A DNA stretch of 64,000 nt. Source: Dehalococcoidia bacterium (GTDB lineage Bacteria; Chloroflexota; Dehalococcoidia; UBA2979). How positions within the stretch are numbered: position 1 is the first letter of the stretch; every line of letters starts with the position of its first letter. This document shows, one piece after another, positions 19,071 through 27,994 of this stretch. The stretch covers positions 2,545,269-2,609,268 of the forward strand of contig JAWKPL010000001.1 of assembly GCA_041390685.1 (NCBI GenBank). Direction: 5' to 3'. The notes beneath the pieces were generated by a model that searched no databases, was not told where the DNA came from, and worked only from the letters and a program-made list of their open reading frames with translations. Made by a program: the position numbers and the translations under genes.

Positions 19071-19855
19071 CACGCCACCTCCATCGAGGCGAGGCCGTAA
19101 AGGCCGGGCAGTGACAGCGCGAAGAGCCCGGTCAACACCAGCTTCTCGCGAAGACCAATGGGCTCGCGCAGCTCGGGCAGGAGGTCGCTGCTGGCGATGT
19201 AGATGAAGTTCCCCGCCGCGAACGGCACAAGCAGCTCCGTGTCGATCCCTCCCGATGCCACGTAAGCCACGAGCGCGCCCACGAGGAACGTGAGGCCGGA
19301 GAGCAGGTTGTACGTGAGCGCCTGCCGCTTCCTCCAGCCCCGGCTGACCAGGATGCCGAAGTCGCCGAGCTCCTGAGGCACCTCGTGGGCCGCGGCGACG
19401 AACCACGTAACGATGCCAAGGCGGGCGTCGATCAAGAACGTACCCGCGACGGCGATGCCTCCAAGCAGGTTGTGCAGCCCGTCGGCCAGCAGGATCAGAT
19501 AACCCAGCGGCTCGTGGGCAGCCACGAGGCGGTGCGAGTGGTGCCAGTGCAGGAACTGCTCAAGGAGGAAGAAGACGACGAACCCCGCCGCGAGCGATCC
19601 GTACACCGGCAGTTCGTTGCCGATGTGATCGACCGCCTCCGGCAGCAGGTGAAAGAGCGCCCCGCCGAACAGCGAACCGGCGGCCACCGCCACCAGCGGG
19701 TTGAGCAACCGGTCGAGCCACCGCGGGGGCAGCACCAGCGTCACCGCACCGCTCAGCGCGATCGCCGACATGGCGAGCCCGCCCGCCACGATCCAGGCGA
19801 GCTCACTCACACGCGACCTCGCGCGTTGGCACGGTCCCGCGTCGCGCAAGACCAC
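19070..19855 (-). CDS. ZIP family metal transporter
   Basis: 261 aa, ZupT-like (HEVPQELGDFGILVSRG, HNLLGGIAVAGTFL). Probable GTG start at 19855. Confidence 0.8.
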   Translation of the reverse strand: MVLRDAGPCQRARSRVSELAWIVAGGLAMSAIALSGAVTLVLPPRWLDRLLNPLVAVAAGSLFGGALFHLLPEAVDHIGNELPVYGSLAAGFVVFFLLEQFLHWHHSHRLVAAHEPLGYLILLADGLHNLLGGIAVAGTFLIDARLGIVTWFVAAAHEVPQELGDFGILVSRGWRKRQALTYNLLSGLTFLVGALVAYVASGGIDTELLVPFAAGNFIYIASSDLLPELREPIGLREKLVLTGLFALSLPGLYGLASMEVA

Positions 19856-19903
19856 GCGCGCAGCACAGCACGGCGCTCCACCGGCCGGGACTCCGACGCG
19901 TCG

Positions 19904-20380
19904 TTACTCGACGAGGCTGCGGAGCATCCAGGCCGTCTTCTCGTGCACCTGCAAGCGCTGGGTAAGAAGGTCTGCGGTCACCTGATCGTCGGCAGACTCC
20001 GCAGGCGCGAAGGCGCCGCGAATGGTCTGAGCGACAGCCTCATGTCCGGCCAGCAGTTCCTCGATCATCGCGCCGGCGTCCGGCACTCCATTCGGTTCCC
20101 GGATCGAGGTCAGCATCATGAACTGCCGGTACGTCGCCGGGGCGTGCGCTCCCAGCGCTCGGATCCGCTCCGCGACCAGGTCGGTCGCGAGCCACAGCTC
20201 GTTGTACTGCTCCTCGAACATTAGATGCAGTTCGCGGAACCGCGGCCCCGTCACGTTCCAGTGGAAGTTGTGGGTCTTCAGGTACAGCGTGAACGTATCC
20301 GCGAGCACGGGACCCAGCGCCTCGGCGACTGCGGCGCGGGCCGCTGCCTCGCCAGTCGCCACGTCCTGTCGGTCGACCAC
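19904..20380 (-). CDS. dps: Dps family DNA-binding ferritin-like protein
   Basis: 158 aa (LADTFTLYLKTHNFHWNVTGPRFRELHLMFEEQYNELWLATDLVAERIRALG). Confidence 0.9.
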   Translation of the reverse strand: MVDRQDVATGEAAARAAVAEALGPVLADTFTLYLKTHNFHWNVTGPRFRELHLMFEEQYNELWLATDLVAERIRALGAHAPATYRQFMMLTSIREPNGVPDAGAMIEELLAGHEAVAQTIRGAFAPAESADDQVTADLLTQRLQVHEKTAWMLRSLVE

Positions 20381-20651
20381 AGTGGTGTCCCTCCTTGAAT
20401 CCGCACCCGCCAGGTCCGCGACCGCATGCGCTCGGGAGCGCAGCGACGAGGAATTCCCCGGTCACCGGCGGTCGAGGGGTTCAGAGGTTCGATAGTCATC
20501 GCTCGGCCGGATCGGCCGCGCCACCTGCCTCGACGCCATGCCCATCATGACAGCGGTGATCGAGGACTGCCGCCCCCTTCGTCGCTGCTTCCGGGAACCG
20601 ATCGTCCTGAACCTGCTCAATCATCCGTCCGGCCGGCAACACGCGAGACGG

Positions 20652-21149
20652 CTACCCTTCGCCCTCGAACGGCCCTTGAGGGTTCCCCGTGTCTTCTCGC
20701 GCCTCGTCCCGTCGCGTCCGGTCGGGGTCCCCATGCCGCTCCAGCCCGAGCCGGTAGATCATGTCCGACAGCGGCGACAGCTCGAGGAGCACCACGACCG
20801 TCGCCGTGATCAACACCGCGGTCAGCCACATGTTCTCCGCAACCGCGAGCCCGATGCCCGCCAGCACCCACACGGTCGCCGCCGTCGTCACGCCCCGCAC
20901 GTCATGGCCCCGCTGGAAGATCAGCCCCGCGCCGAGGAACCCGATGCCCTGCACCACGCCGGCCGCCACGCGCGAGTCCCCGTACAGCACGCTCGTCTCC
21001 CCGAACAGCGCCGCCCCCGCGCACACCAGCGCCGAGGTCCGCACCCCCGCCTCGTGGCCGCGATACTCCCGCTCGATGCCAATCGCCGCGCCGAGGACCA
21101 GCGCCAGCAACAGCCGCCCGACCACCTCGATCTGGTCGCCGTTGGTCAT
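20652..21149 (-). CDS. MgtC/SapB family membrane protein
   Basis: 165 aa (RLLLALVLGAAIGIEREYRGHEAGVRTSALVCAGAALF). Confidence 0.85.
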   Translation of the reverse strand: MTNGDQIEVVGRLLLALVLGAAIGIEREYRGHEAGVRTSALVCAGAALFGETSVLYGDSRVAAGVVQGIGFLGAGLIFQRGHDVRGVTTAATVWVLAGIGLAVAENMWLTAVLITATVVVLLELSPLSDMIYRLGLERHGDPDRTRRDEAREDTGNPQGPFEGEG

Positions 21150-21251
21150 CGGCGCACGCTCCCCGCTCGTTGGCTGGACACAACGCCAGTCGAGGCCAGA
21201 TCGTAGCAGTACGGCCGAATCAGGCCGCGCTGAGGAAGGTCAGCCCGCTCG

Positions 21252-21656
21252 ATGAACCTCGACTACGCGTTTCTCTGTGACAGCGCCCAGGAAGGCGGCG
21301 GGAAGGTCCACGCCCTCGGCATCGGTTTCGACACCATCGCCGCCGCCGGGGCCCCCGTGACCCACCCCCTGCTCACCGTGGTCCTTCAGCTCCGCTACTC
21401 GGTCGCCGAGGCCGGCGACAAGGCGCTCTCCGTCCGCCTCATCGACGCCGACGGCCGCAACGTCGTGAACCCCGTCGACCACACGGTGCCCTTCCCCTCG
21501 CCCGAGGGCGCCCGCACCAACACCGCGCGCCTCATCGTCGCCTTCGCCGGCGTCCAGTTCGCCGCCTTCGGCGACTACGCCGTCCACGTCACGGTAAACG
21601 GCGGCGAGATCGCCAGCCTCCCGCTGTCGCTCGTTCCCGCCGCGCCCCCCGCATGA
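21252..21656 (+). CDS. hypothetical protein
   Basis: 134 aa, no recognisable motif. Stop overlaps the start of the downstream IMPase-family gene (ATGA), suggesting co-translation. Confidence 0.4.
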   Translation: MNLDYAFLCDSAQEGGGKVHALGIGFDTIAAAGAPVTHPLLTVVLQLRYSVAEAGDKALSVRLIDADGRNVVNPVDHTVPFPSPEGARTNTARLIVAFAGVQFAAFGDYAVHVTVNGGEIASLPLSLVPAAPPA

Positions 21657-22468
21657 CGCCCGACCTGCTCGCCTTCGCCCTCGAGCTCGCCGACCTGGCC
21701 GACGGCATCACGATGCGCCACTACCGAGGCGGCGGCGACGTCTGGCGGAAGGCGGACGGCACCCTCGTGACGCTCGCCGACACCTCCGCCGAGTCCGCCA
21801 TCCGGGCTCGCATCCTCGAACGCTTCCCCGCCCACGCCATCGAGGGCGAGGAGGAAGGCCTGAGCCTCCCCCCCATGCCGATGGACGACCCCGCCCAGGC
21901 CACCCCGCCCCCCGGCCGCGTGCAGTGGATCGTCGACCCCATCGACGGCACCCATAACTTCGCCCGCGGCGCGCCCGTCTGGGCCACGCTCATCGCCTGC
22001 GAGGTCAACGGCCGCCTCGAGGTCGGCGTCGCCTCCGCCCCCGCCCTCGGCGCCCGCTGGTGGGCCGCCCGCGGCGAGGGCGCGCACCGCCGCGACGCCC
22101 TCACCGGCGTCACCGAGCGCATCCACGTCTCCACCCGCGCCCGCATCGAGGACGCCCAGGTCCTCTACGGTTCCTACACCCTCACCACGGCCGCCTGGGG
22201 TGGCCGCGCCGACGCCCTCCTGCGCGCCAGCTGGCGTCAGCGCGGCTTCGGCGACTTCTGGGGCCACTGCCTCGTCGCCGAAGGTGTCGCCGAAGTCATG
22301 CTCGAGGGCGAAATCGCCCCCTACGACATCGCCGCCCTCATGGTCATCGTGGAAGAAGCCGGCGGCCGCATGACCGACATCGAGGGCGTGGCGCGCATCG
22401 ACGCGGGGCACTGCATCACCACGAACGGCGTGGTGCATGAGGAAGTGCTGGGGGTGCTGCGGCGTTGA
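21653..22468 (+). CDS. inositol monophosphatase family protein, candidate histidinol-phosphatase (HisN-type)
   Basis: 271 aa. IMPase motifs (WIVDPIDGTHNFARGAPVWATLIA, EEE.. metal ligands). Near the his operon. Its 3' 190 bp is duplicated downstream at 23215-23409. Confidence 0.75.
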   Translation: MTPDLLAFALELADLADGITMRHYRGGGDVWRKADGTLVTLADTSAESAIRARILERFPAHAIEGEEEGLSLPPMPMDDPAQATPPPGRVQWIVDPIDGTHNFARGAPVWATLIACEVNGRLEVGVASAPALGARWWAARGEGAHRRDALTGVTERIHVSTRARIEDAQVLYGSYTLTTAAWGGRADALLRASWRQRGFGDFWGHCLVAEGVAEVMLEGEIAPYDIAALMVIVEEAGGRMTDIEGVARIDAGHCITTNGVVHEEVLGVLRR

Positions 22469-22500
22469 CGGGCCGACATCGCCCGCCGCCTACTCGCTGA

Positions 22501-22917
22501 CTACACGTGTACGATCCGGGCCGGCAGCCCGAGCGCCGAGCGCCAGGGCCATCTCCGGTCGGTCGTCAGGATGACGTCCGCGTCCAGCACCACCGCCGTC
22601 GCGATCACCAGCGCATCCGGAAGGCGTAGCCGCGACCCGTGCCGCGCCCTCAGCACGGCCGCCGCCTCCGCGACCGCCTCGTCGAGCGGCACCACACGCA
22701 CAGGGAAGCGGCCAACGAACGCCCGCACCTGCTCGACTGCTGCATCGCCACGCCGGCTCGGTCCGACCAGCACCTCCGCATAGGCTGAAGCTGCAAGCGC
22801 GAGACTGTCCCCTGCGGCGCTGGCCGCCGCGAGGGCCTCTCGGGCGGGGGCATGGTGCGTGTCTGCGGCGTCGAGGAACGCGATCAGGACGCCGGCATCG
22901 AGGACGATCAGGCCCAT
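22501..22917 (-). CDS. vapC: type II toxin VapC (PIN domain ribonuclease)
   Basis: 138 aa. MGLIVLDAGVLIAFLD...acidic PIN residues. Overlaps the vapB 3' end. Confidence 0.85.
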   Translation of the reverse strand: MGLIVLDAGVLIAFLDAADTHHAPAREALAAASAAGDSLALAASAYAEVLVGPSRRGDAAVEQVRAFVGRFPVRVVPLDEAVAEAAAVLRARHGSRLRLPDALVIATAVVLDADVILTTDRRWPWRSALGLPARIVHV

Positions 22918-23159
22918 TCGCCCCGCAAGCGCTCAAGCTCGTCGCGCTCATAGACACCGGTGAGACGGCCGGCAAACTCCGCGATGACATCGGCCTCACG
23001 CTGCAGCACCACGCGCCCGGGCCCCTCGACGGTCGCCACGAGGCGTTCACCGACGTGCAGCCCTGCCTCCTCCATGGCGCGCACGGGGATCGTGACCTGG
23101 TGTTTGCGACTGATGCGGGTACGCTGTGTGGCGCGACCACCATTCTTTACTTCACTCAT
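22908..23159 (-). CDS. vapB: type II antitoxin VapB (AbrB/MazE/SpoVT fold)
   Basis: 83 aa from ATG 23159 (MSEVKNGGRATQRTRISRKHQVTIPVRAMEEAGLHVGERL...). Swapped-hairpin antitoxin motif. 4-nt overlap with vapC. Confidence 0.75.
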   Translation of the reverse strand: MSEVKNGGRATQRTRISRKHQVTIPVRAMEEAGLHVGERLVATVEGPGRVVLQREADVIAEFAGRLTGVYERDELERLRGEWA

Positions 23160-23196
23160 GAAAGTAAAGCTACCGTGCTGCCGCCCTCGCCGCAAG

Positions 23197-23409
23197 CAGC
23201 GATCGGCGACATGGTGCTCGCCTCCACGTCGCCGAAGTCATGCTCGATGGCGAAATCGCCCCCCCTGCGACATCGCCGCTCTCATGGTCATCGTCGAAGA
23301 AGCCGGCGGCCGCATGACCGACATCGAGGGCGTGGCGCGCATCCACGCGGGGCACTGCATCACCACGAACGGCGTGGTGCATGAGGAAGTGCTGGGGGCG
23401 CTGGCATAG
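23197..23409 (+). pseudogene. degenerate duplicated 3' fragment of the IMPase-family gene
   Basis: About 190 nt nearly identical to 22275-22468 (cgccgaagtcatgctcga...gaagtgctggggg). Has a +2 nt indel (C5 to C7 run, tac to tgc) and a few substitutions. No start codon. Encodes ...DIAALMVIVEEAGGRMTDIEGVARIHAGHCITTNGVVHEEVLGALA. Confidence 0.65.
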
Positions 23410-23454
23410 ACGAGTGCTTGGCGGTCTCGACGTCGATACCATATCGTTAGCGCC

Positions 23455-26400
23455 ATGACTAATCGTCTCCCAAATGTCGATTTCCGACAGATTCGGCCCT
23501 ATGGGCAGCCAGCTTCCCGATCGAGCGGGTTCGAGGAGCTCGCGTCGATCTTGATCGAGCATGGCGCGGTCGACTGGCCTAGCGGCACACGATTTCACCG
23601 CTTCGGGAACCCCGATGGCGGCCGTGAGGCGAAGGCTGTGCTCCCGAATGGGGACGTCTGGGCATGGCAGGCAAAGTACCTATTCGAATTCGATTCGTCT
23701 GCGGCCGGACAGGTGACTTCCTCAGTGCGCCGTGTTCTGGAGAGTGAACCGGACCTGAAGCGCTATTTCGTCGCTATGCCGCTAGACATGCCAGCAGGCG
23801 ACACGAAAGACCGCACGTCGGCGCACACGCGCTGGACTGAGAAGGTCTCTGAATGGGAGCAGCTTGCTCGCAAGAACAACCTTAACGTGGAGTTTGTCTT
23901 CGTCGGCGCCCATGAGCTCGTCACGACGCTAACTGAGGCTGAGCACGCTGGGCGCCTACGGTACTGGTTCGGCCTCGACATCTTGACCCCCGAATGGCAG
24001 GAACGTCGCCTTGAGGAGGCCAAAGCAAAGGCGGGGCGCCGCTATACGCCAAGCCTCCACGTGGAAGTGGAGGCAGTCCGGTCCCTCGATGCGGTCGGCC
24101 GCCGCGATGCTTACGTGTCACGATGGCAGGCGATCCTCGCCGAATTGAGGGAAGCCCGACGATGGACTTGGCGGCCGCCGAAGGACGCCGCTGACGAGTT
24201 TGCCGAGGCACTTCCTAAGTGCGAAGCCGCACTCGATGAGGCCGACGTGGCACTTGGACTCATGATTACCGCGGCCCGGTCGACGGAGGATCTTCCTCGG
24301 ATCGAGAGCCCGCTTAACCTCGCGATGGAAGCCGTAGGCGAGGCGGAAGAACTCCTTCACCGACACTCGTTGACCAAAGGCGGCTATTTCGTTGGAGATG
24401 CTGCCTCCCTGTACTCGCACATACGAGATGCGATCGGTGCGCTGTGGCAGGCCAGAGAACTCGCGAACGCCGCGGCGACACACGCGGCACGTGACAAGGT
24501 GCTTCTCGTAACAGGACGCGCTGGCGTCGGAAAGACGCATCTCCTATGCGATGTGGCGACTCGGCGAACTGCTGACGGGTACCCAACTGTTGTCCTTCTC
24601 GGGCAGGACTTCGATGGCAGGTCGCTACTCTCGCAAATCAGCGAACGGACACAACTCGGTGGGACACTGGACGACATCCTGGGTGTGCTCGATGCTGCGG
24701 CGGAAGCCTCCAGCTGCACTGCGCTCTTGATCATCGACGCGCTAAACGAGAGCGAACGTGCCGAGCGTTGGAGGGATGAATCTCGAGCTCTACTCGCCGC
24801 TGCCACCCGATTTTCTCACATAGCAGTAGTGCTGTCTTGCCGCTTGGAGTTCGTTGAAAAGGTCATTGGTGACCACCGACTGCCAACGGTCGAGCACGTC
24901 GGTTTTGCAGAAGCGACCGACGTTGCTGTTCAACGATTTACCCGGGAATTTGGGCTGGAGCCACCGACGTTCCCTCTGCTCAACCCGGAGTTCAGCAACC
25001 CGCTCTTCCTCAAGCTAACGTGTGAGGCCCTCTCAACGCTTGGGAGGACTCGCTTTCCCTTTGGTTCAGCCGGCCTCACTACGATATACGAGGTCTTCTT
25101 GGAGGCTGTGAACAAGCGGCTTTCCGAACCCCATCGCTGCGACTATGACGAGCACAGCGACGCAGTTGGCCAAGCGATACGAGAGATAGCGCTCCTCGGC
25201 CCCGGTCCGCTTGATCGAGCTGACGTGCAACGCATCACCGATAGGATTTTGCCCGGCCATTCGTGGTCTCGATCGCTGATGAACGGGCTGATCTCCGAGG
25301 GAGTCCTCCTGGAGATCTACGACAGGCGAATCGTCTTCGGGTACCAGCGGTTGGGAGACATGACGCGCGCGGGCGCAATCGCCGAGAGGGGTCCAGATGG
25401 CGTGCGCGCGTGGCTCCAGCAGCTCGACGACGATGTCTGGCGCGAGGCGGGGGTGTTGGCCGCGCTGGCCGTGATCGTGCCGGAGCGCCACGGCCAGGAA
25501 CTCGTCATCCTCGCCGCAGATGACGAAGGTAGGGTCTCATACCACATCGTCGACAGCTTTCTCGAGAGCCTGCTCCTTCGCGCCCCGGAGTCGATATCAC
25601 CACGCGCGGTCGAGATCGTTCAACGGTTGCTGGATGACGGACACCGCGTAGGCGAGATCTGGGATCGCCTGTTCCGTCTCGCCTGCGTGTCTGGCAATCC
25701 ACTAAACGCCGAATGGCTTCATGCTCGTCTCGCTGGCTATGAAGTGGCGGATCGTGACCGGATCTGGTCTGAATGGCTTGTCGACTCAGCGAGTCCCGAT
25801 GACGAGAGTCCCGTCCGCCGTCTGCTGGAATGGGCGTGGCCTGCAGACCTCGAAAGTCGCGCCCCAGTCCCCGACGATATCGCTAATCTCGCAACGCTTA
25901 CGCTTGGCTGGCTTCTGACAACCACTGATCGCCGCGTGCGAGATCGTGCGACCAAGGCGCTCGTGAGCGTCGGCGAACGAGCGCCGCAGGCCTTCGCCAG
26001 CGCCCTCAAGCGATTCCGTGGAACGAGCGACCCATACATTCTAGAGCGACTGGTGGCAGCTGGATGTGGCGTGGTCTTGAGGAGCAGCGATGCGAGCACT
26101 GTGCACGTTATCGCAGACGGCGTGCTGGAACTCCTTGCGGATGGATGGCCCGTGCACCTGATGACGCGGGACTACGCGCGACGCACCTTTGCCGTCGCAC
26201 ATACCCGCGGCTGGTCTGGCCCGGCATCCCTGCCACCGTACGGGGCGACTTGGCCGCTTCCGACGACCCCAGCCGACGAGATCGAAGTCCTCGCTGGACC
26301 ACCGGACTATGCCTACGCGTCGATCTGGCACTCACTCACCGGCATGGGCGACTTTGGCCGTTATATCCTGCAGTCCGCGCTTCGTAATTTCGAAACGAAG

Positions 26401-27639
26401 GATGCGGGAGCACTGCAGCGAGAGGCGGCGCAAGCGATATTCGATCGGGTGCTCGAGCTTGGCTGGACCCCAGAGCGTTTCGGCGAAATCGATCGGTCGC
26501 GACCAGGGGCCTCCAGGTTCAATCGCGTAGTTGAGCGAGTCGGTAAGAAGTATCAGTGGATCGGCTTCTACGAGGTACTGGGCCGCATCGCTGACCACCA
26601 CGGCATACAGCCGAGGTGGGGCGACGAAGAACGGGGGCCGTACGCGTATCCGGAGCAACTCGTGTGGCGCGACATTGACCCGACCGTACTCGTCCGCAAG
26701 CCCGCGCAGTCACCTACGCAGGAGCACCAGTGGTTTTCGCCGGTCGAGGCGCGTTTTCCGCCGGGCGTCTCTGACGACTACCCGATCGACATGAGCGGTG
26801 CCCCCGATCCATTGGACTTGATCGCAGTCTCCGATCCTGGCACCGCACAGTGGTTAGTCGTGGTCAGCGAGCCCGACTGGAAGCAGCCACTAGCGGTGGA
26901 GATCGAGGCACTGCGCGTACCGCGCCGCCAACTATGGATGGGCCTTCGCGCGTACCTCGTTCCGCTCGCCGACATGGCTGCACTGCGGGCGTGGGCTGGG
27001 GACAAGGACTGGTCGGATGGGTGGATGCCCGCGCTTCCGAATGTATCCAACGTGCTGCTGGGTGCGCATCCGGACGACCCCGCGTGGGCTGCGGCCGACG
27101 GACAGGTCGACGGGTGGCGCGGAAGGGACGGGCACATACCGCCCGTCGAGCTCATAGAAGTTGCTGCATGGTACGCCGGTACCGGCACCTCGCGGGATTT
27201 GTCTGCCGAGGACAAGACACTGGGGTACGTTCCGAGTAAACGATTGCTCGAGCTAACCGATCTCTCCAGTGGAGTCGATTTCACTTGGAGTGATGCCTTG
27301 GGCGTCGCTGTCTGCGATCCCAGCGCGACCTCAGGTGGCCCAGCGGCCCTCATCATGCGGCGCGATCTCGTGGCGCGACTCGCACACGCTGGACTGACCC
27401 TCTTCTGGACGGTGGTCGTTAACAGCGAGCTCCACCGCAGCGACTACTCAATTCCCGGTGACGACCATCGCTGGGTCAGCGCGACAGCCTCGTACATCCT
27501 CACCGGCGACCGGGTGGAGCTGATCGGTGCCAGAGCCTCCCGACTCCAGGCAGGGGCAGTGCGGGAGCGAGAAGTGAAGTGGTCCCCAAGGGCGATAGAG
27601 GACGAGGTCGGGGGCGCCGGCGCGCAGCATCGGAGATAG
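23455..27639 (+). CDS. large STAND/NACHT-type P-loop NTPase with N-terminal PD-(D/E)xK-like nuclease domain and C-terminal HEAT-like helical repeats; candidate Avs-like antiphage defense protein
   Basis: 1394 aa in a single uninterrupted ORF with visibly lower GC than its surroundings. N-terminal 170 aa has FEELASILIE...GNPDGGREAKAV...GDVWAWQAKY (D / ExK / QxK pattern). Residues about 345-470 have Walker A LLVTGRAGVGKTHLL, Walker B ALLIIDALNESE (hhhhDxxNE, NACHT-like) and sensor-1 IAVVLSCR. The C-terminal 850 aa is helical with HEAT-like repeats (RVRDRATKALVSVGE...). Confidence 0.75.
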   Translation: MTNRLPNVDFRQIRPYGQPASRSSGFEELASILIEHGAVDWPSGTRFHRFGNPDGGREAKAVLPNGDVWAWQAKYLFEFDSSAAGQVTSSVRRVLESEPDLKRYFVAMPLDMPAGDTKDRTSAHTRWTEKVSEWEQLARKNNLNVEFVFVGAHELVTTLTEAEHAGRLRYWFGLDILTPEWQERRLEEAKAKAGRRYTPSLHVEVEAVRSLDAVGRRDAYVSRWQAILAELREARRWTWRPPKDAADEFAEALPKCEAALDEADVALGLMITAARSTEDLPRIESPLNLAMEAVGEAEELLHRHSLTKGGYFVGDAASLYSHIRDAIGALWQARELANAAATHAARDKVLLVTGRAGVGKTHLLCDVATRRTADGYPTVVLLGQDFDGRSLLSQISERTQLGGTLDDILGVLDAAAEASSCTALLIIDALNESERAERWRDESRALLAAATRFSHIAVVLSCRLEFVEKVIGDHRLPTVEHVGFAEATDVAVQRFTREFGLEPPTFPLLNPEFSNPLFLKLTCEALSTLGRTRFPFGSAGLTTIYEVFLEAVNKRLSEPHRCDYDEHSDAVGQAIREIALLGPGPLDRADVQRITDRILPGHSWSRSLMNGLISEGVLLEIYDRRIVFGYQRLGDMTRAGAIAERGPDGVRAWLQQLDDDVWREAGVLAALAVIVPERHGQELVILAADDEGRVSYHIVDSFLESLLLRAPESISPRAVEIVQRLLDDGHRVGEIWDRLFRLACVSGNPLNAEWLHARLAGYEVADRDRIWSEWLVDSASPDDESPVRRLLEWAWPADLESRAPVPDDIANLATLTLGWLLTTTDRRVRDRATKALVSVGERAPQAFASALKRFRGTSDPYILERLVAAGCGVVLRSSDASTVHVIADGVLELLADGWPVHLMTRDYARRTFAVAHTRGWSGPASLPPYGATWPLPTTPADEIEVLAGPPDYAYASIWHSLTGMGDFGRYILQSALRNFETKDAGALQREAAQAIFDRVLELGWTPERFGEIDRSRPGASRFNRVVERVGKKYQWIGFYEVLGRIADHHGIQPRWGDEERGPYAYPEQLVWRDIDPTVLVRKPAQSPTQEHQWFSPVEARFPPGVSDDYPIDMSGAPDPLDLIAVSDPGTAQWLVVVSEPDWKQPLAVEIEALRVPRRQLWMGLRAYLVPLADMAALRAWAGDKDWSDGWMPALPNVSNVLLGAHPDDPAWAAADGQVDGWRGRDGHIPPVELIEVAAWYAGTGTSRDLSAEDKTLGYVPSKRLLELTDLSSGVDFTWSDALGVAVCDPSATSGGPAALIMRRDLVARLAHAGLTLFWTVVVNSELHRSDYSIPGDDHRWVSATASYILTGDRVELIGARASRLQAGAVREREVKWSPRAIEDEVGGAGAQHRR

Positions 27640-27704
27640 CCGGTGGACCCACAATCCACCGTTTCGACGTGGTCAGAGTCCCGCGTCTGCGCTCGTCCTC
27701 CCCC

Positions 27705-27938
27705 CTACCCCGCCACAACCTCCCCCACCTCATACCTGAAGTCCTCGATCACCGGGTTCGCCAGCAACTGCTCGCACATCGAGCGGATCGCCGCCTCCGC
27801 CGCCCCCGCGTCCGAGGCCTCCAGGGTCACCTCGATGCGCTTGCCCACGCGCACGGTGCTCACCCCCTCGAAACCCAGCGTGTGCAGGCCGTCGCGCACC
27901 GCCAGCCCCTGCGGGTCGTTCACCAGCGGCTTCAGCAT
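27705..27938 (-). CDS. purS: phosphoribosylformylglycinamidine synthase subunit PurS
   Basis: 77 aa (MLKPLVNDPQGLAVRDGLHTLGFEGVSTVRVGKRIEVTLEA...). Confidence 0.9.
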   Translation of the reverse strand: MLKPLVNDPQGLAVRDGLHTLGFEGVSTVRVGKRIEVTLEASDAGAAEAAIRSMCEQLLANPVIEDFRYEVGEVVAG

Positions 27939-27994
27939 CACATTGATTCGCGCTTGAAAGGTCGGCACGAGGGCTCCTCGCTGTTTGTGTGTCG

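Noticed and set aside
22960-23409. ORF 22960-23409(+) as a real gene
   Set aside because: It is antisense to vapB for most of its length. Its only meaningful part is the frame-shifted duplicate of the IMPase C-terminus, so it is called a pseudogene fragment instead.
23455-27639. The large island ORF as a transposase/integrase or a housekeeping AAA+ protein
   Set aside because: No DDE, tyrosine or serine recombinase motifs. The NTPase motifs (hhhhDALNE, hhhTSR) are NACHT/STAND-type rather than AAA+ (no arginine finger or SRH spacing).
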